From: Styela clava
Taxonomy: Eukaryota
Reading direction: 5' to 3'
Assembly: GCF_964204865.1 (NCBI RefSeq)
Contig: NC_135255.1
Span: forward strand, 15,500,001-15,564,000
Length of the DNA: 64,000 nucleotides
The notes under the pieces were generated by a model. The model did not search any database. It had not been told where the DNA came from and saw only the letters and a program-made list of their open reading frames with translations. The position numbers were made by a program, and so were the translations under genes. Shown one piece after another: positions 24,680 to 39,100 of this stretch. The first letter of the stretch is position 1. Each line of letters starts with the position of its first letter.

Positions 24680-26374
24680 ATGAAGCTTGTAACTTGGAAT
24701 ATTAATGGCCTCAGATCAATGAAAGGACCAATTAAACCATTTCTTGATGGGCTTGACGCTGACATTATATGCTTTCAAGAAACTAAAATAACAAAAGATC
24801 AAATTGAGAGCGATTTAGCATTAGTTGATGGATATTCTTCATACTTCAGCTTTTCACAAACACGCCAAGGTTATTCTGGCGTGGCCACATATTGTAAAGC
24901 AAATACTACACCATTTCTAGCACAAGAAGGATTATTTGATTTTGCAGAAAAGTCTGCAGGAAATGGAGCCATTATGCATTATGGGGATTTAAGTTCAAAA
25001 TTCTCGCAGGAGAGATTGTATGAAGTTGATAAGGAAGGGAGAACAATAATTACTCAGCATGAATTTTATGATTCAGCGAAGAAAAGAAATGAAAAGTTAA
25101 CTGTTATAAATGTCTATTGTCCGAGGGCAGATCCAGAAAAACCAGAGCGACAAATTTTCAAAATGGATTTTTACAAAATGTTAGAAACTCGAGCAAACGC
25201 AATATTGAATTCGGGAAATCATGTTATTATTTGTGGGGATATCAATACATCACATAGAAGGATTGATCATTGTGATCCTAATGATCCAGAATTGTTTTAC
25301 GATAATCCATGCCGAGAATGGATGGATGGGATACTATATAACAAAGGTGACTACTCTGCTCTAATACATTTAAATTCAAACTCTATCCAGACAGAATTCT
25401 GCGAAGGATTTGAAAATATAAAAAATGTTTCATGCGAAAAAGATTCTAGTACTGATGGAACTGAATCAAATACGGAGGAATCTACACAACAAAATTTAAA
25501 ACAGGATTCGGAAAATATAGATATTTGTAACAACAATAGAGCAAAATTCATCGATACCTTCAGATACTTTTTCCCACATCGAAAAAATGCATTCACTTGT
25601 TGGAACACAATGAAATCTTGTCGAGAAACGAACTACGGCACGAGAATTGATTATATTTTAGCGAATTCTGAGTTTCATATAAATTATGTTAAAAATTGTG
25701 AGATTTTACCGGAGATTCATGGATCTGATCATTGTCCAGTCAAAGCAGATATCAATGTAACTATGATACCTGCATCCAAATGTCCGCCATGTTGTACTAA
25801 ATATATGACAGAATTTGGAGGCCGACAGCAGACTTTGTCATCCTTTTTTTCTCAAAAAGCAAAATCAAAATATGATGATGAGCAGCTTTGTCAAAGCCCT
25901 GTAAAGACAGTAGTATCTTCTTCACTAAAGACCTCTACGCAGAAACTTTCTAAATCATCTGTTTCAAATTCCAAAAAGCGGAAACATGAAAACAGCAGTA
26001 ATACTGTAAGCAAACAGACGAAACTACATTTTTTTACCAAAAATAAATCTTCAAAACCTAAAGTAAATATGGAAATAAACACTAAAAAATCAGCGAATAC
26101 TTTGTCTCTTTCTCAAGAAAAACTCGAATTCATGCCAAAAATTGATAAATCTTTCACGACAAAAAGCTCAAGTGAAGTTTCAAACTTTTGGAAATCAGTA
26201 CTGAAAGGCCCTGAACCTCCTCCATTATGTAAAGGTCACAACGAACCTTGTTTTCTTAGAACAGTTAAAAAAGAAGGTCCAAACTTAGGAAAGCAATTTT
26301 ATTGTTGTCGACGTCCTGATGGACATAAAACTAATCCTGAAGCAAGATGTTCATTCTTTCAATGGAAGACCTGA
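24680..26374 (+). CDS. APEX2: AP endonuclease 2 (APE2), single-exon CDS, 564 aa
   Basis: EEP-domain motifs TWNINGLR, DIICFQETK, GYSGVATYC, EGR, NVYCP, GDINTSH, GTRIDYIL and GSDHCPV; PIP-box-like QQTLSSFF; C-terminal GRF-type zinc finger (PLCKGHNEPC..VKKEGPNLGKQFYCC..RCSFFQW). Preceded by the acceptor tttttttAG (AG at 24669-24670); AATAAA at 26467, 26519 and 26635. Confidence 0.95.
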   Translation: MKLVTWNINGLRSMKGPIKPFLDGLDADIICFQETKITKDQIESDLALVDGYSSYFSFSQTRQGYSGVATYCKANTTPFLAQEGLFDFAEKSAGNGAIMHYGDLSSKFSQERLYEVDKEGRTIITQHEFYDSAKKRNEKLTVINVYCPRADPEKPERQIFKMDFYKMLETRANAILNSGNHVIICGDINTSHRRIDHCDPNDPELFYDNPCREWMDGILYNKGDYSALIHLNSNSIQTEFCEGFENIKNVSCEKDSSTDGTESNTEESTQQNLKQDSENIDICNNNRAKFIDTFRYFFPHRKNAFTCWNTMKSCRETNYGTRIDYILANSEFHINYVKNCEILPEIHGSDHCPVKADINVTMIPASKCPPCCTKYMTEFGGRQQTLSSFFSQKAKSKYDDEQLCQSPVKTVVSSSLKTSTQKLSKSSVSNSKKRKHENSSNTVSKQTKLHFFTKNKSSKPKVNMEINTKKSANTLSLSQEKLEFMPKIDKSFTTKSSSEVSNFWKSVLKGPEPPPLCKGHNEPCFLRTVKKEGPNLGKQFYCCRRPDGHKTNPEARCSFFQWKT

Positions 26375-27112
26375 CTGAAACTTTTCATTGATTATCTTGT
26401 ACCAACCTTGATAAATGTTCATTTTTCGGACATATCCATTTTCAAGTTGAATATTTCTTATTAAGGAATAAACTTTTTTAAGCCTTTTTAGATATCAGTA
26501 TTCTTTACTGAGAGAAAGAATAAATTTTAAATGCAAACTTGATTTATGGTAGTTATTGAGTAGGCTATTTAACCGCTGCTGCCCTCACAGTATTGGTTTC
26601 AAAGTCATGTTTATACCCAAATTTTTCAGCTCACAATAAATTTGATATTTCAAATTTCGATGGAATCACACTAACTACTTAAATTTTATGCAAATCTTAT
26701 CATGTTAACATCTTTTTCGGTATAATAGTTGTTTTTAAACAGCGCAATGACGTATTCTTGTAATAAACTATGCCATTCCTCCTTTAATAATAGTTGTGTT
26801 TAGCTGGTCATGATTATGGAAAATTTTCATTTTACTAGGCCTACTAAATTGCTGATTTATGCTTATGGATATAATTTGATGCAATTTAAAAGTAGTTCAG
26901 CTCTCGTATTTCTATTTCAGCCAATTTAATAATATATTTTCATACTTCAATTTGCAGTGGTTACTATATCCATAATCAATTTGTTGTATTGATTTTTGGA
27001 CTAACGGACGGACTATCATTATAAACTTTGAATGTGTTTGCTAAGGATGCTTTAAAACAAATCTATAAAACACTGGATAATATTGCAAGCGTATTAATAT
27101 AAATATAGCAAT

Positions 27113-30100
27113 ATGATGCCGATGGGGTGGAACCAAATACGACAAGCAAAAGTTGCTGATGTCCAAGGGCAAATGAGGCACAATCATATGGGTCAGAATC
27201 AGCAGCAACAGTATAGTCACCACCAACAAATGAATCCCCATACAATGATGATGCACAATCAACAAGCTCCATCCTTTGATTGGAATCAACAGCATATGAT
27301 GCATCAACAACAAATGTATTCTCATCCTATGATGGGACATTTTGGAATGCAAAACCCACAAGTGAGTTGCTTATGGTAGATGTTTCAAAGATTTGATTCG
27401 AATAAAAACAAAACTAATGATATTATAAATATTCTGTTTTTGTGCTAAATTTGTCTGTATTGTAGAGAGGGAGGTTCTTTATGTCAAAATTGCAATGTGA
27501 ATTTTGACATACCCGTATAGAGAAATTTTGATGCTCTGCTGATCAATTTATCGTCATGTTTTTGCATTTCTTGTTAATAAAAAGCTTGACCGTATTGGCA
27601 GCTCATCTCACCACTCATGGAAAATTCATTGTATACTTAAATCAGTGCCATTTTATGTATATTTTGTGCTTAACTATGTTTTTGTTTCACATTTTGAGAG
27701 AATTACCAGCTGTATTTTTTTTCTGTATTTTTGTATTCCATTGGCATACAAGTATTAATTAATACAATATGCCATTGTAATGACTAGTAATTAATCTAAT
27801 TACCTAATCAACTTGTATTTTTAGATGATGATGGGAATTGCAGACAAACCACCAGAGCCATCAGAACCTCCTCCTCCATCACCACCTGCTCCATTACCCA
27901 ATGACGAACCCCCTCCAGCTCCCCCTGCTGCTGAGCAGAAGGTAAGGCTTTCTTTATATCACCTAGAATAGTTTTAGTAATTTGGGAATTTAGTCACTCA
28001 CTCACTGCTAGTTGAATTACTAGTTAACTAGAAAATGGCCCATTCAAACACATTATGCTTTTTTCTTTGCAATATTTGCCTAATATATTGCTGGACAGGC
28101 AACGAGTTTAGACTAGAATTATGAACACAGAGAGAGTTATAGAGAAGAATTTTGAAACAAATAGGATAATTCGGGTTCTTCGACAATGTATAAAAAACTA
28201 ACACATTGGATGAAAATTCAGGAAAGTTGCCATAACAATCAAGTTCAAAACATGGGATGTAAAAGTACTCCATGGTCAATCTTACTGACATACAGAAGTA
28301 TTGTGCAACTTGCGTCCCACGGGCCAAGTGCGTCCCACAGAGGAAAATTATGTGGCTAACGAAACAAGTTTTCAATTTAGTTTAATTTGGTATGTGCAAG
28401 TAGTTCCATGCCTATGAGGCTATACCGTTCAATTTTTTTTATTCGTGCCTATTATAATGCCCTTACAGCTAGCTTGAGCGAAGCGAACAGCGCATATCAA
28501 GCAATAACCAAAATTTTTGTACCTGCAAGCTGCAACTACTAGAGAACCTATGTTAAATAAAAATGCGGCTCGTGGTTTTACCCAGATATTTTTATCTGGC
28601 CCTTCTGTATTATAGTTTGCACACCACTGACATGAAGTCTATGAAAAAGACAAGATGCTTAGACCTTAGAGCAGTGGTTCTTAAACTTTTTCGAGCGCGA
28701 CCCAAATCTGAGTTTTATGAATACTCGCGACCCAATCCTAAAAAACGCAAAATGTGTTTTTAATGTTAGTACAGTTTGACTCAAATACAGACAACTATTT
28801 ATTAGAAACAGTCCATTGACTCAGTGAGATTGATGAAACTGAAATTTCCTTTTTCATTATATCTTCAATACACAGCTCTATTTTACTTAACGCAATACGT
28901 AAGTTGTCACGGGTATCGAAGCGATTGCGAGCTTAGTTTTGATAACCGTCAGTGCCAAATATCCTCGCTCGCACAAGTTCCTTGTCGCTAATTGTAGCAG
29001 AAAAGGCGTCCGCTGTCCGTCGCAAACACGACATCCTAGCTGGCCTTCCGTATCTCTCGCAATATACAACTTTTTACTCGTCACATGTGCACGCACTGCT
29101 TCGTTCGCGGTAAATGGTGCCTCGAGATGAAGTCACATTTTCTCTAGATATTGAATAATCTAATGTCGAGAAGCGAGCTTTTTCATTGCGTCGTCTATTA
29201 CAATTTTCATTACCAAAAAGACACCCATTTTTGTTTATTTTAATCCACTAAGACGACATTCCATGCGGTCAACACATCGACAAGCGACGTGCATGGTTAC
29301 CGATACCATAAAAATAATACACGTGACTGGCATATCAGAATTGTGATGTAACAATGAGCTCAAGACTGTTCTTACCGTGAATAAAATTTTTTATTTCATT
29401 ATTTTTAAATACCAGAGTTTAGAAGCTAAATTGAAACATTGGGAAAGCTGAAAATTCGTCCTTCTCCTCTCAGATTGCCCTTGCATTGACGACCTTGTCG
29501 CGACCCATTTTTAAACCTTCCGCGACCCATGTTTGGGTCGCGACCCATACTTTAAGAACCACTGCCTTAGAGGATATTATTATAACAGTTTGATGATTTT
29601 AATTTCAGTGGTGGGAATCTGAAATGCGGAATTTGCAAAATATGCATCATAGAAATGAATTGGAACGATTATCTGGTGAAAAATGGTTTCAAAGTATGAA
29701 TACAAGTCAGCAGATTGAATGTTGGCAACACAAACTGCAACTTATTAATAAGGAGAAAAAAGGTGATTTATTTTATATCTATCCCATTTCTCAATAGTCC
29801 AAATCTGAGTTGAAGACTGGTTTAACATTTCACTTCAAATAAATGTTATATATGGACTGTCAGTTTTACGAGGGCTTGTTTGGAAAAGCTGAATTATTTA
29901 TAAAAAAGGTTACTAAACTTAATTTGCATTTCAACTTTTTCACAAGGCAAACAATGTTAATAATAGTTGTTAGAAGAAAAATTTCATTGTATGTTACCCC
30001 GAAAATTGACTTCTCTGTTAAATTAGAAGAAGCTGAGATACACTGGCTTAAATATAGCTATCAGTACTTTTGTGTGGCAAAGCTGTTTAACTATTTCAAA

Positions 30101-33100
30101 CAAAATTGGATTTTTGTAGATGCATACCCTCTTACATGATCTAACTAGCCTAACCACTCTCGAAATGAGAATGAAGATCATGCATCTTAAAAGAACAACT
30201 GGTTTACTTATCCCTGTACATAACTTGGACAGAAAACTGATCTTATTAATAGTTTTTCTCTCCCTAAGATATACTATTATTAGAAATCGACACCATCAAT
30301 TTTTTAAATTTTCATATCCAAGTGTGTATTACACCATACGTGTTTGTTTTAGTGCAAAACAATAATGCAATTCACAATGAACAAGTGATATCAACTTCAT
30401 CACAAAGCATTCTTCAATCATCTAGACCAGCTATTGTTCCTGCACCTTCAGTCTCCGCTCCTTCACCTATGAGACCCCAACCTCCTATGCAACAGGTAAC
30501 ACTAGTAGCCATCACTAACAGTAATTCATTCTGTATTTCCTATCTGTGAGAGAGAGATTATTTTTCGTCAACCAGGAAAAACAAGCATTGCAACAATAAA
30601 AATTCTTACAACAATGTACGCAAAGTGTTTCGATATAGGCAGGGGATCGATACGACCATACGGTCATCAGAGTCAGCTCCCTCCATATTCACTATTTTAA
30701 TTATGTATATAAGACTGACGGTTAGTGAATGGTGTAAAAAAGGGCTAACTGTTGTAGAGTTGTCTAGAATTCTTCGGAAAATTTTCAGGTTTGGCAATAT
30801 AATTGTTTAAGCTTTGTACCCAATTCGGTATAGTATCATAGGATATATTTCTGGGGTTCGAACCCCCACTAGGTATTAGGTAATTTCCATGATAATGATT
30901 AAATTTAATGTTTCTACGACACTGTTTCATATATATATATATATATTATATATACAAATATACTGTTTATTTCGTAGAAAGGCATCTCGTTTTTCTTATT
31001 GAGCCTTCTCTTTCAGTCTTGTTCAAGCATCCTTGTGGCTATTGCTCTGTATGCATCCAAACCAGAAAGCGCTTGCTCTCCAATAGGGCTACCTAATAAT
31101 TTAATATCCTAGTACCGTCTGAATGACTTGATTCTTGACCTCCTTATCCCTGAAGTCTACAACTCCAACTGGCTGCATATAGGAAGCACAACTTGTAGTA
31201 ATGTTGTCATTGCTTTAAATTTGAATCTATACTTTCACTTCTTGTTTTTGAGCAAAGGTCATTATTGTTCAAAATGTTCTGTGCATATTCATTATATTTA
31301 ACTGTTGTATTTTTGCATGATTTTTCTAGACTGGTGATGTTGAACAAGATCTGATGAAAGCTAAACAAGAAGAGGAAAATATTAAACAACAAGTTCTGGT
31401 AAAAAAAAAATGGTATTTTCTGTTGGCTTACCAGAAATAAGGCATACTGTAAGAAAATTTATTATACTACTTCGGAGTCATTGTTCTTGTTTCTAAGGTT
31501 ATCCGATTTTCCTTCACACTTAATCCTAATGAATGCTGGTATTAAATACTATCTTTTTTACTTTTGACTCATTCAGTGGCAATTTTATATTGTTTTTTGA
31601 GTACTGGCATCAAGTTATGTTGTCAGTTGGTTTGTGATGTATATTTCACATAGCCAATGGAATATAGGAATGGTCTGTTCCTGCTTACTACCAGTATTTT
31701 GCTCTTTGTATCACTGTGTTAAAATTTTTCTGCTTACGCTGGTGACATATTGCGCATTTACATTTACTATAAAACATAATGGTATTAGGCTACATAGGAG
31801 TTTAGAAGGAATTGAAATGCAGATCTGTGCACTAGGAGAATTTTAATCACTATACTGGGTCAAAGTGCTGTGCTTGTGATATTGAAATAGGGAATCTTCA
31901 ATAATTCTGAGTTTTTCTGACATTGAGTAGATCCTTCTGGAGCTCTAAAAAATATGCAATTTCGGAATAAGGCTGTTAATTATGACGACTTAACAAGTAT
32001 ATTGCCATTGCATGAATTTTCTTCGTAGAATCTCGTACTTTGCAATGTGCTGAAAAACCTACTGAAAAAATGCTATGAATGTAAAACTACTTGGAAATTA
32101 CTTTAAATAGGGCAATAAGGTATCTTGAACATGTATAATTTTATAGCATTTTAGTGTGTCAAATCAATACTGGAAATACAATTGATTATTGATAACACTA
32201 AACATAATGTCTACTTCATAGTTTCTGTATTAATGGTAGAAAAAAAACTCAATGCGAGCTTATGGTAAACTCAACATGGTTTCTCATCTTTACTTCCTAG
32301 CTTCGTAGGCCTGTTTTTTTTTGGCTGCTGCGGCACGATAGTATCTAAGAAATACCCTATAGATGCATCGTTTGCACAACCTAGTTACGCCGCGAATTGA
32401 CGCTCATTGTACCGCATAGCCTACCTATTATGGCTTCTTTATGAATTTGTATTTAGTCGTTACTGCTGTCATGGCACACTTTAATACGCTATTGCACTGC
32501 ACTGTTGAACATATATGTTGTGTATTTTCTGTATTCATATTTTTTTCAACATAAGTATTCCACCTCATAGCAAAAACTTCAATGGCTTGTCGGTTTTGTT
32601 AGTTAGTGTTTCTTTCCGAATAGTAGCGTTAGAAAGATGATAAAATTTTGTATCAAAACATGCCAATATGGTATGTGACTAATTAATGTAACCATGTTTG
32701 CGACATCCGTGAGAAATATTCTTTAGACATTTGAACGGCAATATGGAGAATGGAGAAAGCAGTTTGAGGATTGGAAGGATAAACATAAAGCTCATCCTAA
32801 TAAAGAACAATTCGCACAGTACGAAAACCAGGTAATTCTAAACTTTTTTGTCGCTGAATTGTTGTAATTTAAATAACCTATCTCGTTGTTTTTGTATTTC
32901 AGTGGATGACCTGGCAGAAGCAAATGTCTGATCAGAAAAAACAATTCGACGATAATTTAGCATCAATAAGAGCTCAAATTAATAGTTTGGAGCAGCAGAA
33001 AAACTTATCAGCACAACCGAAGTCTGCACCTAATATACCAGGACAACAAATTTCGGAACAAAATCCCAGATATCCATTTCAACAACAGCAAGTCCCAAGA

Positions 33101-36100
33101 CAATGGATGGATCAGAATCAACAAAAATTCAACCGATCTTTTGGTGCAATGGAGCAGAGACCACGACTTGACTTTAATCAAAGTGGAAATCAAGATTTTG
33201 GTTATGATAATAACCAACAATTTGGCAATAACCAGCGGTTTGAAGGACAACGCTTCGAAAATAATCAAACCAATATGGCCACTAAACAAGGGCCTCGGTT
33301 TTCAGCACCTGGTGCTATGGACAATAGTTCATTTCAAAATCCTACTCCCAGATTTGAAACTCCTGGGGCATATAATGAAAATCGTGGGCAAAGACCCCGG
33401 TTTGGAAGTGATATGGGTCGAAAAGGTCAATTCTCAGCTAATTCAGGTGCTCCACGATTTCGAAACCGCGCCCCTCCACCACCCCCATCTGAAGAAGAAT
33501 ATTTTGAAGAGGAAAATAATGAATTTGACACTCAAATGCATCAAAACCAGGTAAAATAGATGAAGGTAGTCAATAATCATCGCTTCATTTTCTGAACTGC
33601 TTACAAGCTTTTTACAAGCAATCTGGTTCAGTAGTTCTCAAACTTTTAGGCCATGCCCCCTTTTAGAATTTGCCAAGTTACGCACCCCGCCTCTAAAATA
33701 ACTAGTTAACAATAGGCTACAAATAACAAATAGTAAGGCGATAAGGTGATGTAAGCAATAAAGAAATGTAAATATTCAATAAGGCAGGCAAGATTATATC
33801 AAACAAAATTTTTAATTATCTCCATTCCTCCTCAAAAAATTGTCTACGATCCCATCTACCACTTATCTAGTTGGTACACCCTGATTGAAATGAAGAAATT
33901 CTGTATCTATATTCTAACTTACAATATTTAAGTTATACTAATCATTTTGTCTTAGCATTTGGATTTTCTCTTATTTTGAATGGAACAGCTTATTAATCAC
34001 ATGGCTGACCAAAGCCATATTTTATTCCAAAATTTATTTACCAAAGTTTATTCTTCAATTGGTCTTGGACTCCTGCTTGGTTATTACATGAACAACGCTC
34101 ACAACAGCGAGAGACGTCCAATGACTTTAACCTATCATTGTACTCTATAGCCACAGGTATTGATTGACCCTGTGGTGATAAGTGGTGTGATGGCAAGATG
34201 TTTAGTTTAGCGAGATATGCTGACTAGCGAGCTGATTTGTCAAATTATAGCATTATTTTTCCCGGTGTGTGGGGTTATGATGCGACACATATTTTTAGTA
34301 ATTAACTATCGGATATATTTTCTTTAGGGAATGAGAGGTCCTCGACCTGGTTTCAGGCCTGGGTTTGGTCAGAGAGGCCGTGGGATGGGAGGAAATCGAT
34401 TTGATGGACCAAGACAATTACGGCCTGGTTTTTCAAATGATGCAAGATTCAGAGGACCAAGACCCAGATTCTCAGGTATTTTATTTTGTTGAAGATTTGG
34501 TATTAGTAACAACTGTGTTTTGACAGTTGATGTGCATGTGATAACATTGAAGATTCACATTCACAGGAGTAGAAATTTTTTTCGTTGTTCTTAATTAATA
34601 AACAAAACAGAGGCGTAGACAAGAAATTTCACAGGGTGGTTCTGAAATTTCTAATTGCCAAGTTAGACTGTAACATCTTGCGTGTCTGGCCGAAGCTGGA
34701 AACATGGGTTTCCAAGAGTCTTACTCTTGAGTGTCTTAAAAGCGTTTCAAGCAACAAAAATTGCTATTTATAATACAGAGAAATGCTTTTTTTACATATT
34801 GAATGGTGGTCCCGACCCTCAACCCCCCCCTTCCATGGCTACGCTCCTGGTCCGATACCTTGTAAAACTATCATAATTTGAATGCAAAAAGTGCTCAAAC
34901 CATGAAAACCGACTTCGCTGGGATAGGAACCTGAACCTAAGGATTAGAAGTCCAAGGGCTATCCATTGTATTATGTTGACTCATAAAACTTCAGTCAAAT
35001 AAGTTTTTCAGCTATCTCAAATAAATTCTATTTCGATGTCCCAGCAAATGGGGGTATTATCAACTTGTATTGGCCAGGAATCGACTTCTCTCACATGGCA
35101 AATGAGACTCTAAAAATACAAACGAATAAAAGTCTTGGTATCTTATTATTTTACAAAAAAATTGATCAGACTTTTCAAATTTCGATTTAGGCTTCGAGTC
35201 TTTCGTTTAATAAGTTTCTTTACGTTTAGGTCACCAGGCACGTTTACCTGGACCAAGAGGACCGAGGCCGCCCAGATATGGTCGTCCAGACATGACATCA
35301 TATAATGAAGAAGATATTGGAAATGAAGAACAGTATTATGACAATGAGGGATTCAATAGTCAGAACAGAAATATTACAGCCAACTCTGGTTTCGATGAAG
35401 ACACTTTCGATTCAAATAACTTTTTTCAAGGCGATGAAAATTTTAATGAACAAGTAGAGGATGGAACGCCTGGACCTTCAAGATTGCAAAATAAAGATAA
35501 TAACAAGAGAGGCAGAGGTAAAGTAAGACCGCAGTTAAATCAAACTACTTTATGTCACACTTTTTACGAACAAATCTTCTTTGATTATGGACCAGGGGTC
35601 ATCTTATCGTCTAGTTTTCATAGCTATACTATTTTAGTTTAGATAGTGCCTTATGTCCATTTTTAAGTTCGACAGTTTTCATAGAGAATCTTTAAAATTC
35701 AACTTGTCAAATTTTGTTCCAACTTCAGGGAGAGGGCGTGGCACAGAGACAGCAGATTATAAAGTCACAAGAAATATGGTACCAATGAGCTTTGGAGCCA
35801 GCAAACGTAATAAGACAACGAATCGTTTAGATACATTTACAATGCATGATGCTAAAACCAATCAAGAAGATGCACTATCTTTCACAACTGACAATAATAC
35901 ATCAAAGGTAGTATTACAAAAAGTTTTTACAAGAAAGCTTGATTGTATTTATGTACTTAATCAATGAAAAGCTTAAGTAACTGGAAAATTCGATACTCAT
36001 GTAGTATGTGTACCAGGTTAGGGTTAAGCCATAATTTTATTCTGATTATTACGAGTTCTGGGACTGCTTGTGTTAGTCAAGTGAATATCCCCCTGCCTAT

Positions 36101-39100
36101 AGGTTTCTGTCCCTTCACACAACTTCACAACTTGATGTAAAGTAGGCAAACAAAATTAGTTACTTCTATATTGGTACACATACTCCTGAAGCGCCAAATT
36201 TCAAGGAAAATACGGCTTGTGTCTTTTTCTACCACCAATGACCATGCATTCAGCATTCTAAGCTATTTATGTTTTCATAGAATGGTGCAATTCCATGTAA
36301 TGTTTTTTTTTTTATTTAATACAGTGATCATTCATGTTTGTCACTTCGAACAAGGCTCTGTACAGCCACTGATATTTTTTTAAAGAATAAAAATTTTTTC
36401 AGTTTGGATTGCCATTCATTACACCCTGGAACGTGGAATCGTCCCTAGATATTGACTTTTCTGTCCTAATTATTTTATGAATTTATTTCAAAATCTTTGC
36501 TCATCTGTTCATTTTTTTTTTTATGTTTGTGAAGATTAATCCTGAAGATGATTATTCACATTATATGGAAGAATATGAAAGTTCTCCTGCTTCTGAAAAT
36601 CAAGCTAGATCTGGTAGAGGTTGGTGTTTTTTTGGGGTACTCCTGAAAAATGTAAACCAAGATGGCAGACACCGGAACGTAGTATGTGTACCAGGTTATG
36701 GTTAGGCCATAATTTATTCCAATTTTCCTTATTTTAGTTCTATTACGGCTTACGAGTCCGGGGACTAGCCAAGTGACTTTCGTAGTATTTGTACAGAAAT
36801 TATGGCCTGAACTTAACGTGGTACACATACTACGTTCAGGTGTCCGCCATCTTGGTTCACATACCTTGTGAGTACCTTTTTCACGATGATATGATAGGCA
36901 GAATAAAGTGTAAACAGTTGCTATGCGGAATTAATGAGTGTATATTTTTTGCGAAGTAAAAATATATTAAAATTCTGTGTTCAGGTTTGGCTCACTTGCT
37001 CAGAGGCAGGGGATCATTTTCGGGTAGAGGGTCTGCCCGTGGCAGGGGTCGTGGCGATTATGGACCGAATCGGGGCAGGGGTAGAGGTTTCGCTGGTCGA
37101 GGTAGGAGCATTGGGGAATCAATTGGTGATGAAATTACGCCAGCTAATAAGTTGATAAATGAAAAAGGACAATTTAATGAGGGATTGATGAAAAGATTAT
37201 CTGCAAGTAAGTTATCCAGATTTTAGTTCTAAAGTTGCGCAGAGTGCCCAAAAAAAAATCAGAACTCATCAATTTCTTGATTACTTCTACGAAAATGAAG
37301 AAAACGTTGTAACGCTTGAACTTCTGTATGTTTGTACCCGAAAGTTTCAGCAATCTAGAAGTCACGCTTTGCACAAAAGTTATGTTCTTTCTAGAATATG
37401 TTCCCAATGATTGAGGTCTTGTGTTGAGCCACCTTGTATCTATGTTTTCTATTTTTTTTTTATTTGAAGCTGCTGCTACAATATAACTGTTTCAAATTTG
37501 GTTAATTGAAATATTATATCAGAGTACAAATTATTAGGATTTAGGACAATCTCTCTTATTCTAATACATATAAAGTGTTCATAAAGTAATAGATTGGGTA
37601 AAAGAACTTTGATGTGCCTCATGCAACTACCGTAATTGTTGGCATAAAAAGACGTAATAAATGAAGTGAAAACTTAGAACAAAGTAAAACAAACCTGGTT
37701 AGAACTGATCCCATAATAGAAATTGTATCAAGTTCCATGAATTCTCTCTCTTTCTTCATTATTTGTATTTATAATTTGATATTTTCAGTGGCTGGTATTC
37801 CGAGTGCTAGCAATGACTCAATCAGCAGCAGAAATGAAATGCCCACCAAGCCACAGGATGGTACTGATAATGATGCACAACCAACTACTTCTACATCTGG
37901 ACCAATTAACTCTGAAACAATCATGCAAAAAGCGAAAGAATTGAGTACTTTAGATATAAAAAATTTATTGTCTGCTGTCAAGACTTTCAAGAATCCATCA
38001 GATACTGTCAAAACTGAGTAAGTGAAGATTATGATTTTCATGTGTAATACACGCAGCATAATATGTTGGGTGCTATGGATTTTTCAAGTAATATTTAGAT
38101 TAAAACAATACATGGTATATTCGCTTCGACCAGTAAGAAAATGAAATTTATCACTGTGTGGTAACATGTGAAAAAGATAATTTGATAATTTTGAAACCAT
38201 TTACAACTTTATGATGGAATGATTAACTTTGTCTTTATTCTTTAGGGCTACATAATTTTAAATTTTAAAAGGCCTAAAATACACATTTAGTACATTTTTC
38301 TTGTAAGTGTGCCGTGAGTTTTCATCCTGATAGTCTGGCAAAAGTTGGGAACCGCTGGTGTAACCAGTTCCTAGTGTAGAAATAATTAACATTGAAAACT
38401 AACATTTTTATTTCTTCCGTAGGTCTCCAGATAAAGAGGGTTCCAAGATACCAGAATTAGCTCCGACAGCCAGGAGGAACGAAGAATACAGCGACTCACA
38501 AATGAATTTTGACGAAGCTGCTTACACTGCCTATGAGGAACATTATAACAGACTTGCTAGAGGTTTGTATGTAAAATTATATTTTAGAAGTAAAGTATAA
38601 CAAGATGATAATAAAAGATTTTTTTGCACAACATTTTATGCGTCTTCACCTTAAAAGGCGCTGTATGCTAGTAACATTTAACAAAGTCTACATCTGTAGT
38701 TTTTTTTTCAGTTAGCTCAACATTCACTTAGCTTTGTGTATGTAAAGTTATTTTTATAGAATTTTACTATGTCCATAACAAAATAATATTTGATTATATG
38801 AAACTGAGGGAATCCTATATAGCTCTTATTAAAATACAATTGTCTATTACCTCGAAAAATCATTGTACCAACTCTACCAAGTGCTCAAGGCGTTATACAT
38901 ACTTAACTATAATGGCGTCCCATGGTAAAATTATGGGTTCTAATCCCATGCTCATCACCTCAACTTGGGCTTAAATTGATTGGGCCATGCTGAGTCAGTT
39001 CAAACAAACTATGGTAGCTCTTTACTTAGCAGTGACTTCACATGCAGAGCCTTATTCAGAATGTAAAGCATATAAATATGTTGTATAAAAAAATTAAATC

